Below are positions 1-9,874 of a stretch of DNA of 64,000 bases, in pieces. Origin of the DNA: Planctomicrobium piriforme (GTDB taxonomy: Bacteria; Planctomycetota; Planctomycetia; Pirellulales; UBA1268); the NCBI GenBank assembly GCA_945869735.1, contig CAMBPQ010000013.1:155-64154 (forward strand). Reading direction: 5' to 3'. The translations under genes and the position numbers were made by a program. Under the pieces are notes generated by a model. The model was given only the letters and a program-made list of their open reading frames with translations. It searched no databases and was not told the DNA's origin. Numbering within the stretch: the first letter of the stretch is position 1; each line of letters starts with the position of its first letter.

Positions 1-185
1 GCCTGAGTCCCGGCCGCGCAATCAGCACGACCGTTCGCGTCGCCGGTCGGCTGGCGAGCAATCGTAGATTTCTTGCGAACCCCGTGACGCCACCGGCTCC
101 GGCGGCAACTCATCAGGAAGAAGGGCATGTCCGGCGGAGGACGCGGCCCCTGAACGACAGACCTATACGCGAAGGACGGATATCA

Positions 186-473
186 ATGGATCCCCAGATC
201 ATCACCTGGATCGTGAGCCTCATCGCCGGCGGTGCCGGTGGCAACATCGTGGGCGCGCTGCTCAAGAATCGGAACCTCGGCCCGATGCTCAACACGGTGC
301 TCGGACTTGTGGGTGGCGGCCTCGGTGGCAAGATCCTGCCGATGCTCGTGCCGGCGATCGGCTCGCTCGTTGGTGGCACCGACAGCCTCGCCGGCACTGG
401 TGGCCTGGCGGCGCTCGTCGGCGCCGTGCTGCCCCTGATCGTCAGCTTCCTGAAGAAGCCGGCGCAGGCCTGA
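186..473 (+). CDS. Small Gly-rich membrane protein (GlsB/YeaQ/YmgE-like)
   Basis: ATG at 186 after AGGA; 95 aa with three Gly-rich hydrophobic segments (LIAGGAGGNIVG, VLGLVGGGLGG) and a basic tail. Confidence 0.7.
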   Translation: MDPQIITWIVSLIAGGAGGNIVGALLKNRNLGPMLNTVLGLVGGGLGGKILPMLVPAIGSLVGGTDSLAGTGGLAALVGAVLPLIVSFLKKPAQA

Positions 474-504
474 GCGGCGGTTTTTTCTTTACGCGACCGT
501 CAAC

Positions 505-535
505 GCGGCCGAGGGACGTGGAGTCCCTCGGCCGC
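505..535. terminator. Perfect 13-bp stem-loop between convergent genes (terminator or REP-like)
   Basis: GCGGCCGAGGGAC-gtgga-GTCCCTCGGCCGC; a T-tract at 481-490 follows the upstream stop. Confidence 0.4.
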
Positions 536-600
536 CGGGTGTGACGGTGGCATGGCTGAGCAAGCAGACGCCCCGCTCAGGAAGCCCAAGGGCGTTAAAG

Positions 601-774
601 CGCATTCGACTTATGTGGATCGCCGGCTCGGGGGCGGCAAAAGTCTTGTCGCCGGGGCGAGGATACGCCCAAGGCTCCTCGAGCGTTCGCCGACCCTCTT
701 GCCTCCCGACAGGAAGCCCCAAGCGTGGGGAATGCGGGTAAGCACTCCGCCCTGCTCCACCCAAGGCAGATGCG
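601..774 (+). repeat. Dispersed ~175-bp intergenic repeat (MITE/REP-like), copy 1, full length
   Basis: Core CGCCGGCTCGGGGGCGGCAAAAGTC...CGCCCAAGGCTCCTCGAGCGTTCGCC recurs near 21.4, 26.7 and 54.2 kb; ends CGCAT...ATGCG form an imperfect inverted repeat. Confidence 0.8.
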
Positions 775-789
775 CTCTCGTCGTGGGAA

Positions 790-2655
790 TCATGGGCGGC
801 GGATCGTGACGGCGAGCTCACCCTCGTTGTCGGCAAGTTGCGTCCAGTCGTCGTCGCACCGCAGGAAGAGCTGGCCGTCGGACGGCGCGACGAACGACGA
901 CCGCGCGCCCAGGGGAATCTCTTTGGTGAGCGCGAAGTCGTGGAAGATGGTCGCCACGAGCCTGCCGTGGCTGGCGCTGTCGCCGTCGGCACCGCCGGCA
1001 GCCGCAGCCTTGGCGGTCTGCCACGTGCCAGCCGCCTCGATCTCGTAGGTCGCTCCCTTTTCGACCGTGATCCCGGCGGCCTGCCAGCCCGCGGCGGCCG
1101 CAACGTCGATGTTCGCGGTGGCGCCAGTGGCGAGCGGCCGAAACTTCGCCTTCCACGGCCAGGCGGTGAGGTCGGCGCGGTAGCCGTTGCCCACGGTCTC
1201 GAGGAACCGGTCGTACTCAAATCCGATCTCACGAGCGACCGGTCCGTAGACCGCGTCGAACGACGCCCCCGGTCGCTCCTCCATCAGCGCCACGGCAAGC
1301 GGCTTGAAGCGGTCGGTGTAGTTGGGGTTGTAGGCGAGGAGATGGCAGAGAGCCCACCGCCATGCGTAGTCCTGCCAGCCCCCGGCTGGCTCGCGGCCGG
1401 GCACGGCAATCTCACCGAGCGACCGCTTCGGCGTGGTACCGCGGATGTAGCCCATCACACCAGGACTGATCTCGACGGCCGTGTCACCGTCGCGCCAGTA
1501 GTTGCCGAGTTCGGCGACGCCCTCCGCCAGCCACGTCGGGCCGGTGGATCCAAACGTGAGGTGGCAGAAGCCGTGCACGCACTCGTGCTGGATCACGCCG
1601 TGATCGGCGCAGGAATAGAGTTCCGCCCGTCGCTGCGGGCCCAGCGACGAGTTGAAACACACCCCCTCGCCGCGGCGGATCTTTTCGACCCCCATCGCCT
1701 CCTTGAGCGTGCCCTCGGGCCAGGTCGCGAGGTCACGGACGATGAAGCCTTCGACCACGCCCGTGCTCTTGCGGCCGAAATACCTTTCCAGGAGGCCCGC
1801 CATTCGCTCAAGCTTGTCGCGGACGATGGCCCACTCGCGGTCCGAAAGATCGGTGAGAAACGCGAAGTGGGGCGAGCGGACGAGCCGGGGCTCCTTCATC
1901 GGCATGTCGGATAGCGAACGATATCTGTTCTCGAGCACGTCGTCGCCGCGGTTGGCGACGGCCGCAGATGCGCCGTTCTCGACGACGAGTGTCTTGGCGA
2001 CCACATCGCCCGAGTCGAGCTGCGCCGCCTCCAGGCGGACCACCGTCGCACCCGGCTCGATCCGCTTGAGGTCGGTGCTCACAAGCCGGGCCTTCGCCCC
2101 GTCCTCGAGCTTGACCGACACCAGGGTCTTCTTCTTGAACGGCTGCCCGGCGGGCAACTCGACGACGAGCCGATTCTTGAGTGCCTTGCTTAGCGGAGCG
2201 GTGACCTCGCAGTCGGCGATATCCTTGGGCGTCGTCGGTTCCGCACCGTTCCAGACCACGCCGACTATCGCGGCGTCGGCGTCAATGACCGTCACCTCGC
2301 CGATGGCGCTGTCGGCCGTGCCTTTGCCGCTGAGTCGTGCCTTGAAGCGGACGACCTGACCAGGTTTGAGTTTCGCGGCGTCGATCGAGCCGGTGATTTG
2401 CACCTCGGCCGGAAAGGCAAGGAGGCGTCCGTCAGCGAGCGGCACTCCCTGCTCGTCGGGCTTCTGCACGCGGACCTCGTGCCGCATGCCCGCGTCGTCG
2501 CGGACAGTGACCCGACTTCCGGCCACCGACTCGACCGTGCCGGAGAGCGAAAGCTGCCCGGTGATCTGCAGCTGCCCCCGGGCCTCGACCGCCGGCCCGG
2601 CGCAGGCGACGGCCGCGACGACGGCCGCGAACCAACGCAATCGACCACGGGTCAT
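790..2655 (-). CDS. Secreted protein with HEXXH metallopeptidase-like (DUF1570/MA-like) domain and C-terminal LecA/PA-IL-like beta domain
   Basis: Signal peptide MTRGRLRWFAAVVAAVACAGPAVEA; QHECVHG...PTWLAEGVAE; C-terminal AAAGWQAAGITVEKG...IEAAGTW...DNEG. The start is placed at ATG 2655 because the longer ORF is antisense to glyA. Confidence 0.7.
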   Translation of the reverse strand: MTRGRLRWFAAVVAAVACAGPAVEARGQLQITGQLSLSGTVESVAGSRVTVRDDAGMRHEVRVQKPDEQGVPLADGRLLAFPAEVQITGSIDAAKLKPGQVVRFKARLSGKGTADSAIGEVTVIDADAAIVGVVWNGAEPTTPKDIADCEVTAPLSKALKNRLVVELPAGQPFKKKTLVSVKLEDGAKARLVSTDLKRIEPGATVVRLEAAQLDSGDVVAKTLVVENGASAAVANRGDDVLENRYRSLSDMPMKEPRLVRSPHFAFLTDLSDREWAIVRDKLERMAGLLERYFGRKSTGVVEGFIVRDLATWPEGTLKEAMGVEKIRRGEGVCFNSSLGPQRRAELYSCADHGVIQHECVHGFCHLTFGSTGPTWLAEGVAELGNYWRDGDTAVEISPGVMGYIRGTTPKRSLGEIAVPGREPAGGWQDYAWRWALCHLLAYNPNYTDRFKPLAVALMEERPGASFDAVYGPVAREIGFEYDRFLETVGNGYRADLTAWPWKAKFRPLATGATANIDVAAAAGWQAAGITVEKGATYEIEAAGTWQTAKAAAAGGADGDSASHGRLVATIFHDFALTKEIPLGARSSFVAPSDGQLFLRCDDDWTQLADNEGELAVTIRRP

Positions 2656-2820
2656 GGCAGGCACCTCCCGCTGTGAAACAGCCTGTATGGTAGCCGACAG
2701 GACGCGGCCACGTTCATTCCGCGAGCCCCAGTCGCGTTCGTTGACGATGCCCCTGGGGCGGCCGACAATCGTGACTATTCTTAAGTGAGGTTCCGATCGT
2801 CCAGCACGGAGGATACGCAG

Positions 2821-4095
2821 GTGAGCACCCAGCCGAATTTCATCGAGAGCGAGGATCCCGAGGTCTGGTCCGCCATCGCCGCGGAGCAGGTGCGGCAACA
2901 GGAAGGCCTCGAGATGATCGCCAGCGAAAACTTCACGAGCCCAGCCGTGATGCAGGCCGTCGGAAGCGTGCTCACCAATAAATACGCGGAGGGCTATCCG
3001 GGCCACCGCTACTACGGTGGCTGCGAGTTCGTCGACAAGGTCGAGGACATCGCCCGCGAGCGATTGAAGACCCTGTTCGGGGCGGAGCATGTCAACGTGC
3101 AGCCCCACTCGGGTAGTCAGGCCAACGCCGCCGTCTATCTCTGCGCGATCCAGCCGGGCGACACCGTCCTCGCCTTCGATCTGGCCCACGGCGGCCACCT
3201 CACGCACGGGATGAAGCTCAACGCCTCTGGCATTTTCTATAAGTTCGTGCATTACGGCGTTCGCCGCGGCGACCACCTGCTCGACTTTGATCAGATCGCC
3301 AGGCTGGCCCGCGAGCACCGGCCGAAACTGATCGTCGCCGGGGCCAGTGCGTATCCCCGTGAGATCCCGCACGGCCGGTTCGCCGAGATTGCCCGCGAGG
3401 TGGGTGCAAAACTGATGGTCGACATGGCCCACTACGCCGGCCTTGTCGCGGCGGGCATCCACGACAACCCGGTGCCGGTGGCCGACTTCGTCACGAGCAC
3501 GACCCACAAGACGCTCCGTGGCCCACGGGGTGGCATTGCGATGTGCCGGGCGGAGAATGCCAAGGCGCTCGACCGGTCGGTCTTCCCCGGCCAGCAGGGT
3601 GGCCCGCTCATGCACGTGATCGCCGGCAAGGCGGTGGCCTTCCGCGAGGCGCTCGAGCCAGCCTTCAAGACCTACGCGACGCAGGTCGTCGACAACGCGC
3701 GAACGCTCGCCGAGGCCCTGGCCTCCGGCGGTGTGAAGCTCGTCAGCGGCGGCACCGACAACCACCTGATGCTCGTCGACGTCACGCCGCTCTCGATCGG
3801 CGGTAAGTTGGCCGAAGAGACGCTCGACCGCTGCGGCATCACCTGCAACAAAAACATGATCCCCTACGATGAGCGAAAGCCGATGGATCCCTCTGGCATC
3901 CGCCTCGGTACGCCGGCGCTCACGACTCGCGGGATGGGCCGCGACGAGATGAAGCGGATCGCCCGCTGGATTCTGCAGGTCTTGAAGTCGCATGATGATG
4001 CGACTGTGGTCGATTCGACGCGGCGCGAAGTGGCCTTGCTCGCCGAACAGTTCCCCGTCCCGGCGGCGAAGTTCGAAGAGGCGGTCGCGGGATGA
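2821..4095 (+). CDS. glyA: Serine hydroxymethyltransferase
   Basis: [36 protein letters not shown] lysine motif [12 protein letters not shown]; GTG start after GGAGG. Confidence 0.98.
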   Translation: MSTQPNFIESEDPEVWSAIAAEQVRQQEGLEMIASENFTSPAVMQAVGSVLTNKYAEGYPGHRYYGGCEFVDKVEDIARERLKTLFGAEHVNVQPHSGSQANAAVYLCAIQPGDTVLAFDLAHGGHLTHGMKLNASGIFYKFVHYGVRRGDHLLDFDQIARLAREHRPKLIVAGASAYPREIPHGRFAEIAREVGAKLMVDMAHYAGLVAAGIHDNPVPVADFVTSTTHKTLRGPRGGIAMCRAENAKALDRSVFPGQQGGPLMHVIAGKAVAFREALEPAFKTYATQVVDNARTLAEALASGGVKLVSGGTDNHLMLVDVTPLSIGGKLAEETLDRCGITCNKNMIPYDERKPMDPSGIRLGTPALTTRGMGRDEMKRIARWILQVLKSHDDATVVDSTRREVALLAEQFPVPAAKFEEAVAG

Positions 4096-4964
4096 ACGGC
4101 CGTGGGAGCGTCGTGCGGATTGGACTGGTGCAGTCTGCTTGCTCGGCCTCACGGGAAGACAACATAGCGCAGGCGCTGGCCGGCATCGCCGAGGTGGCTG
4201 CTGCAGGGGCGGAGGTGGTCTGCCTCCAGGAACTCTTCGCCGGCGAGTACCCCTGTCAGTCCGAAGACCACGTCAGGTTCGCCGAGGCGGAGGTGGTGCC
4301 GGGGGCGCTCACCGAACGCCTGGCCGCGGCAGCGCGAAAGCATCGAGTCGTGCTCCTGGGAAGCGTGTTTGAGCGGCGGAGCGCCGGCCTGTTCCACAAC
4401 ACGGCGGTGATCTTTGAGGCCGACGGCTCGACGGCCGGTCTGTACCGCAAGATGCACATTCCCGACGACCCGCACTATTACGAGAAGTTCTATTTTGCAC
4501 CGGGCGATACGGGCTTCATAAGCGTGCCCACGAGCCGGCTCGCTGTGGGGCCGCTGGTCTGCTGGGACCAGTGGTATCCCGAGGCCGCGCGGCTTACGGC
4601 GATGGCGGGCGCGCAGGCGCTCTTCTACCCCACGGCTATCGGCTGGCTCGACGGCGAGGAAGCGCTGCACCGCGAGCAGTATGAGGCGTGGGACACGATG
4701 CTCCGCAGCCATGCCATCGCCAACGGCGTATTTGTCGTGGCGGTCAACCGCACCGGCCGTGAGGGGCCGCTGCGCTTCTGGGGCGCGAGCGTCGTCTACG
4801 CGCCGAATGGCGAAGCCCTCATGAAGGCCGGCCACGACTCCCTCGAGACGCTTGTCTGCGAGTGTGATCTCGACCGCATCGAGTGGTCGCGGACGCGGTG
4901 GCCCTTCTTCCGCGACCGGCGGATCGACGCCTACGGCCATCTGCTCAATCGCTGGGGGTCGTAA
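4092..4964 (+). CDS. aguB: N-carbamoylputrescine amidohydrolase (carbon-nitrogen hydrolase)
   Basis: Nitrilase triad motifs [25 protein letters not shown]; adjacent to agmatine deiminase; ATGA overlap with glyA. Confidence 0.88.
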   Translation: MNGRGSVVRIGLVQSACSASREDNIAQALAGIAEVAAAGAEVVCLQELFAGEYPCQSEDHVRFAEAEVVPGALTERLAAAARKHRVVLLGSVFERRSAGLFHNTAVIFEADGSTAGLYRKMHIPDDPHYYEKFYFAPGDTGFISVPTSRLAVGPLVCWDQWYPEAARLTAMAGAQALFYPTAIGWLDGEEALHREQYEAWDTMLRSHAIANGVFVVAVNRTGREGPLRFWGASVVYAPNGEALMKAGHDSLETLVCECDLDRIEWSRTRWPFFRDRRIDAYGHLLNRWGS

Positions 4965-4968
4965 CGGC

Positions 4969-5979
4969 ATGCCCGACTACCGGCTGCCGGCCGAGTGGGA
5001 GCCGCACGCCGCCACGTGGCTGGCGTGGCCGCACCGCCGTGCGACGTTCCTGGGTTCCTTCGCCGCCATCCCGCCGGTCTACGCGCGGCTCGCGCGGCTC
5101 GTCGCCGCGTACGAACCGGTGCGGATCGTCGGCACGCGCGACGTGCTTGCCGGACCGCGGGCGCTCTTGGCCGACGAGCCAAGCGTTACCTTCGTCGAAC
5201 TGCCCACGAGTGATTCCTGGATCCGCGACACGGGGCCCGTGTTCGTCGTGCCGCGGGAGCGGACGGGCTCGCCGCCGGCCGCCGTCTGCTGGGACTGGAA
5301 CGCATGGGGTGGCAAGTATCCGCCGTGGGATGCCGACGCAGGGGTGTCTCGCGGCATCGCAGAGCATCTCGGCATGCAGGCCTTCGAGCCGCACGTGGTG
5401 CTCGAAGGGGGCGCGATCGAGACCGACGGCGACGGCACGTTGCTCGCGAACGAGCGGTGCGTGGTCGACCCGCGGCGGAATCCCGGCCTCGACCGCGACG
5501 CGATGGAGGCGATCCTCCAGCGGTGGCTGTCGGTCGATCGCGTGCTCTGGGTGGGTGGCGATCTCGCCGGCGACGATACCGACGGCCACATCGACCAGCT
5601 CGCGCGGTTCGTGGCCCCCGGCCGCGTGCTCGCGGCGCGACAGCCCGACCCGCTCGACCCCAACCACGCGGGTCTCGAGGCCAACCTGACGCTGCTCCGC
5701 CGTCACGTCGATGCCCGGGGCCGAACGCTCGAGGTCGTGCCCATCGACATTCCGGCAGGGTTCGCCTTCCAGGGCACGCAACTGCCTGCGAGCTATCTCA
5801 ACTTCTACGTCGCTAATGGGCTCGTCGTAGTGCCCGTCTTCGGCGGCCCGACCGACGAGCCGGCGCTGGCGACAATCGCCGGCTGCTTCCCCGATCGCCG
5901 GATCGAGCCCTTCGACTGCCGCGAACTCGTCCGCGGCCGGGGCGGCGTGCACTGCATCACGCGGGACGAACCCTCCTGA
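4969..5979 (+). CDS. aguA: Agmatine deiminase
   Basis: LPAEWEPH, DSWIRDTGP, WNAWGGKY, LEGGAIETDG, DDTDGHID, ASYLNF, GGVHCIT. Confidence 0.93.
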   Translation: MPDYRLPAEWEPHAATWLAWPHRRATFLGSFAAIPPVYARLARLVAAYEPVRIVGTRDVLAGPRALLADEPSVTFVELPTSDSWIRDTGPVFVVPRERTGSPPAAVCWDWNAWGGKYPPWDADAGVSRGIAEHLGMQAFEPHVVLEGGAIETDGDGTLLANERCVVDPRRNPGLDRDAMEAILQRWLSVDRVLWVGGDLAGDDTDGHIDQLARFVAPGRVLAARQPDPLDPNHAGLEANLTLLRRHVDARGRTLEVVPIDIPAGFAFQGTQLPASYLNFYVANGLVVVPVFGGPTDEPALATIAGCFPDRRIEPFDCRELVRGRGGVHCITRDEPS

Positions 5980-6061
5980 ATCCCCGGGATTTTCCCCCTT
6001 GCCCCGTCGGGGCCCGTGGGCGACCATTTGCAGTCAGTCATGAGGTCTGAGGAGAGGATCG

Positions 6062-6544
6062 ATGCAGCAGATGGCAGATGCCGTGCAAGGGTTCGTATCG
6101 CTGCTTGGACGGCTGATGATTGCAGTCGTGTTCGCCAGCGCCGTCGTCAACAAGGTGACGCAGTTTTCCTCCACCGCCGCCTACATGGCGTCGGAGGGGG
6201 TTCCCAACCCGAAGTTCGCCCTCTTCGGCGCGATCGGGCTGTTGCTCATCGGCGGATTGTCGTTGATTCTCGGCGCCTGGACGAGGATCGGCGCCATCTT
6301 TCTGTTCATCTTCCTGATGGCGGCCTCATTCTATTTTCATGACTTCTGGCGGTTTGCCGACCCCGGCCAGCGGCAGTTGCAGACGATCCAGTTCATGAAG
6401 AACCTTGCGATCGGCGGCGGACTGCTCTCGCTCGCCGCCTATGGCGGCGGGCCGTGGAGTATCGACGGCTGGATCGCACTCAAGCAGGAGGAGGCCGAGA
6501 CCACGCCCAGGCCTCGCGCTGCGGCGAAGTCGCAGGGGGCGTAG
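6062..6544 (+). CDS. DoxX family membrane protein
   Basis: LLGRLMIAVVF, four transmembrane segments, FHDFW, QFMKNLAIGGGLL, GGPWSID. Confidence 0.9.
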   Translation: MQQMADAVQGFVSLLGRLMIAVVFASAVVNKVTQFSSTAAYMASEGVPNPKFALFGAIGLLLIGGLSLILGAWTRIGAIFLFIFLMAASFYFHDFWRFADPGQRQLQTIQFMKNLAIGGGLLSLAAYGGGPWSIDGWIALKQEEAETTPRPRAAAKSQGA

Positions 6545-6575
6545 TGGACGGCTGTCACCAGTCGAAGGGGGAAGA

Positions 6576-7814
6576 ATGAAGGCGCGGGTGTCGGTGCGAT
6601 CGGCGGTCGTTTTGGGTCTCGCCAGTTCGTGCCTTGCCTGTGTGGCGGGTGAGACGCCAAAACCCGTTGGAGATAAACACATGCCCGTGCCGCCCGCGGC
6701 CGCAGTGTTCACCATTCCCACCGTCCAGCCGTTTGGCACACTGCCCGACGGCCGCGAGGCGTACCGCTACACGCTCGAGGTGCCCGGCGGCTGGAAGGCG
6801 ACCGTGACCGACTACGGTGCGATTCTCACGAGTTTTCACGTGCCGCCCAAGGATGACGCGGAGGGCATGCCAGTCGACGTGGTACTCGGCTTCGATTCGC
6901 TCGCGGGCTATCTGAAGGGACATCCCTATTTTGGTGCCACCTGCGGCCGCTATTCCAACCGGATCGCCGCCGGCACGTTCGAGCTCGATGGCAAGACCTA
7001 CAACCTCGCCATCAACAACGGCCCCAATCATCTGCACGGTGGCGTCGTCGGCTTCGACAAGAAACTCTGGAAGGGCACGCCGCGGGTCACGCAGCGCGGC
7101 CCCTCGGTCGCGTTTGAGATGGTGTCCCCCGACGGCGACGAGGGCTATCCTGGCCGACTTGCGGCGCAGGCCGTCTACACGCTCACGCCCCAGGGCGAAC
7201 TCGTGGTGGAGATGCGGGCGACGACCGACGCCGCCACGATCGTAAACATGGTCCATCATTCCTACTGGAACCTGGCGGGCCATGCCTCTGGCTCGATCCG
7301 CGACCATGAGTTGGCGGTCAACGCCGACCGCTACCTGCCGGTCGACGCCGGCTCCATCCCGACCGGCACGTTCGCCCCGGTTGAGGGCACGCCTTTCGAC
7401 TTCCGTCCTGAGCGGCTGCCGTGGGGCCGTTGCGGCGCCGCGATCGAGACGCTGCCCCCAGACGCCGCCTCGGGCACGCCCCGCGGTGTCGATCACAATT
7501 ATGTTGTCCGCGACTGGAAGCCCGACGGCAGCCTGCGGACCGCCGTGACGCTGCGCGATCCGGGCAGCGGACGAAGACTGGAAGTGCTTTCGGATCAGCC
7601 TGGCGTGCAGGTTTACATGGGCAACTTCCTCGACGGCACGCTCCATGGTAAGCCGGAGGTCGGGAAGGAAGCCGCGGTCTACGCACCCAACGGCGGCATC
7701 TGCCTCGAGACCCAGAAGTATCCAGATAGTATCCATCACGCCGACTGGCCGAGCTCCCGGCTCGACCCGGGCCAGACCTACACGCATACGATGGTGCATC
7801 GCTTCACTCGCTGA
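6576..7814 (+). CDS. galM: Aldose 1-epimerase (galactose mutarotase), with signal peptide
   Basis: YFGATCGRYSNRIA, NHLHGG, HSYWNL, DHNY, CLETQKYPD. Confidence 0.93.
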   Translation: MKARVSVRSAVVLGLASSCLACVAGETPKPVGDKHMPVPPAAAVFTIPTVQPFGTLPDGREAYRYTLEVPGGWKATVTDYGAILTSFHVPPKDDAEGMPVDVVLGFDSLAGYLKGHPYFGATCGRYSNRIAAGTFELDGKTYNLAINNGPNHLHGGVVGFDKKLWKGTPRVTQRGPSVAFEMVSPDGDEGYPGRLAAQAVYTLTPQGELVVEMRATTDAATIVNMVHHSYWNLAGHASGSIRDHELAVNADRYLPVDAGSIPTGTFAPVEGTPFDFRPERLPWGRCGAAIETLPPDAASGTPRGVDHNYVVRDWKPDGSLRTAVTLRDPGSGRRLEVLSDQPGVQVYMGNFLDGTLHGKPEVGKEAAVYAPNGGICLETQKYPDSIHHADWPSSRLDPGQTYTHTMVHRFTR

Positions 7815-7866
7815 CAGTGATCCACATCGCGACTGTGATCCACTCACCCCACGGCTGCCACCTTCT

Positions 7867-8670
7867 ATGGTATTTCCAGTTGGCGACGACAATTCCGACC
7901 GGCGGACGTTTCCATTCGTGACGATCGCCCTGATCGCGGCGAACGTCTTCGTGTTCGCTGTCCTCCAGGGGATGGGGAGCAACGAGGCGTTCACGATGGC
8001 CTACGTGCAGGTGCCCCAGGAGATTATCACCGGCCAGGACATCGAACTGGAGCCTTCGCTGCGGACGATCCACACACCCCAGGGGGATATCCAGGTCACC
8101 GACCCGGGCCTGCAAAAGACGCCGATCCCCCCGTGGATGACGCTCTTCACCGCCATCTTCATGCACGGCAGCATCATGCATCTGCTCGGCAACATGTGGT
8201 TTTTGTGGATCTTCGGTGACAATATCGAAGACGACATGGGGCACGTGAAGTATCTGATCTTCTATCTGGCCACCGGCGTCATCGCATCGCTGACATTCGT
8301 GGCGCTCAATAGCTCTGGCGAGGCCGCGCTCACGCCCTGCCTCGGCGCATCGGGGGCGATTTCGGGGGTGCTCGGCGGCTACCTCGTGCTCCATTCGCAG
8401 CGGCGGGTGAGCGTGATCCTGCTGCGGATGATGGTCGACGTGCCGGGCTACGTGGCCGTCGGGATCTGGTTTCTGTTCCAGATTGTCAGTGGCTTCTTCG
8501 ATCAGGGCGGGGGCGGCGGCGGGGTCGCCTACTCGGCCCATATCGCCGGCTTCGTGGCAGGCATGGTCCTCGCCAAGCCGCTGAGTTTCGCGACCGTCCG
8601 CGCCGAGGCCGATCCGATGATCGTGCTCCGCCGGCCGACGCTCGATGACCGGCTCCAGCGCCGGGGGTGA
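7867..8670 (+). CDS. Rhomboid family intramembrane serine protease
   Basis: FMHGSIMHLLGNMWFLWIFGDNIED, GASGAISG, AYSAHIAGF. Confidence 0.93.
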   Translation: MVFPVGDDNSDRRTFPFVTIALIAANVFVFAVLQGMGSNEAFTMAYVQVPQEIITGQDIELEPSLRTIHTPQGDIQVTDPGLQKTPIPPWMTLFTAIFMHGSIMHLLGNMWFLWIFGDNIEDDMGHVKYLIFYLATGVIASLTFVALNSSGEAALTPCLGASGAISGVLGGYLVLHSQRRVSVILLRMMVDVPGYVAVGIWFLFQIVSGFFDQGGGGGGVAYSAHIAGFVAGMVLAKPLSFATVRAEADPMIVLRRPTLDDRLQRRG

Positions 8671-8704
8671 TCATGGCCAGCGGTACGCCGCGACCTCGAT
8701 CGCG

Positions 8705-9607
8705 TCAGCTCATACGGCCGGCGTGCAGTCGACGGCGACGAACGTGGTCATGGCATGCGGAAGTTCGGTGAAACTGCCTTCGTCGGTGACGACGAGCTGC
8801 TTCCCGAGGCTGAGGAGTTGTCCGGCGGCAGGAGCGGGCCGCGGCCCAGCCTGCGATTACGAGCCGTGCCGGCCTCCACTGCGCGACAAGCGCGACGCTC
8901 CTCGCCACGCTTGCCGTCACCCGTGATCGCGCGTCGCGGTCGGATCGTCCACCGGCTCGACGGGCAGCAGCGCCTGGTTTGGCCAGGAGCCGGTGCATGG
9001 CCGCCGCGATCGAGGCGGGCTCGGCGGGGTTGAAGGCGAGTTCGGAAATCACCAGTTCGACCACCGACGACGTCGCCGAGCCGACGGCGGGCACTCCGCA
9101 CCCGTAGGCCTCGAGGACCGGGAGCCCGAGGCCCTCGTACAGCGATGGGTAGACGAGCATGGTCGCGTGCCGCACGAGGCCTTCGGTCGACACGTAGCCC
9201 GTGCAGATGACCGCGGCGGTGTCGCCAGCCGGCAGCCGCATCAGTTCCCGCTTGCGGTGGTCGATGTCGCCGTAGATGCAGTGCACGCGTCCGGAATCGA
9301 TCGCCGCGTGGCGGATCGTGTCGTGGCAGTCGTGCCGCGGTAGGAAAAAGCAGCCGGTGATCAGGGCATCGATCCGTGTGGAGGCTATGGCCTCGGCTTA
9401 CTCCGCCGTGCACCACATGCCGTGGGTGGCGAGTTCAGTCGCGCGTGACGACGGCGGTAGCCGATCGTCGTCGAGGAGCAGTCAGCGGTGCGCCGGGAAG
9501 GCCCGGCAGAGTTCGGCGGCGAGGCTCTGGCTGTAGGCCGGGATGCCCCGATCGCCATGAAACTCCGCCACGCGGAGGTCGATGAGAATGGTGAGCGGCA
9601 TCGTCAT
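8705..9607 (-). pseudogene. Degraded GT4 glycosyltransferase
   Basis: Starts MTMPLTILIDLRVAEFHGDRGIPAYS; in-frame stops at 9482-9484 and 9398-9400; later VYPSLYEGLGLPVLEAYGCGVP; short for the family, suggesting internal deletions. Confidence 0.75.
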
Positions 9608-9852
9608 GCGGCCGTCCGGTCGTCCCCGGTGGCCGCGTTGTCGTCCGCGAGCCGGAGGTAGGCAAGGCCGGTCAGTTCACGGACAAGCGATTCGAGTGCG
9701 GCGACACGCTGCTCGAGCAGCACGACCTCGTCGTTGCTGCACTCCATACCGCGGACTGAGCGTTTTAGCAGCCGGCCCATAGGACGGATGCAGTGTTTCT
9801 CGAACGTTCGCAGCGTCTGTCGGATCAACACGATGTGCCGTGTTCCTGTCAC
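9604..9852 (-). CDS. Small coiled-coil hypothetical protein
   Basis: LEQRVAALESLVRELTG heptads; stop overlaps the next ATG (ATGA); lies within the operon. Confidence 0.55.
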   Translation of the reverse strand: MTGTRHIVLIRQTLRTFEKHCIRPMGRLLKRSVRGMECSNDEVVLLEQRVAALESLVRELTGLAYLRLADDNAATGDDRTAA

Positions 9853-9874
9853 GCTGTTCCGTGGCGAATGGGTA

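Noticed and set aside
552-809. Short ORFs sharing RRLGGGKS...PRLLERSPT (also near 21.4, 26.7 and 54.2 kb) as a peptide family
   Set aside because: The similarity comes from the DNA repeat; frames and starts are not conserved between copies
2656-4152. N-terminal ~500 aa of the 1120-aa ORF 790..4152(-)
   Set aside because: Antisense shadow of glyA; a clear signal peptide begins at ATG 2655
7816-7848. GTGATCCAC direct repeat resembling a CRP site
   Set aside because: Spacing and half-sites fit poorly; it lies in a short intra-operon gap
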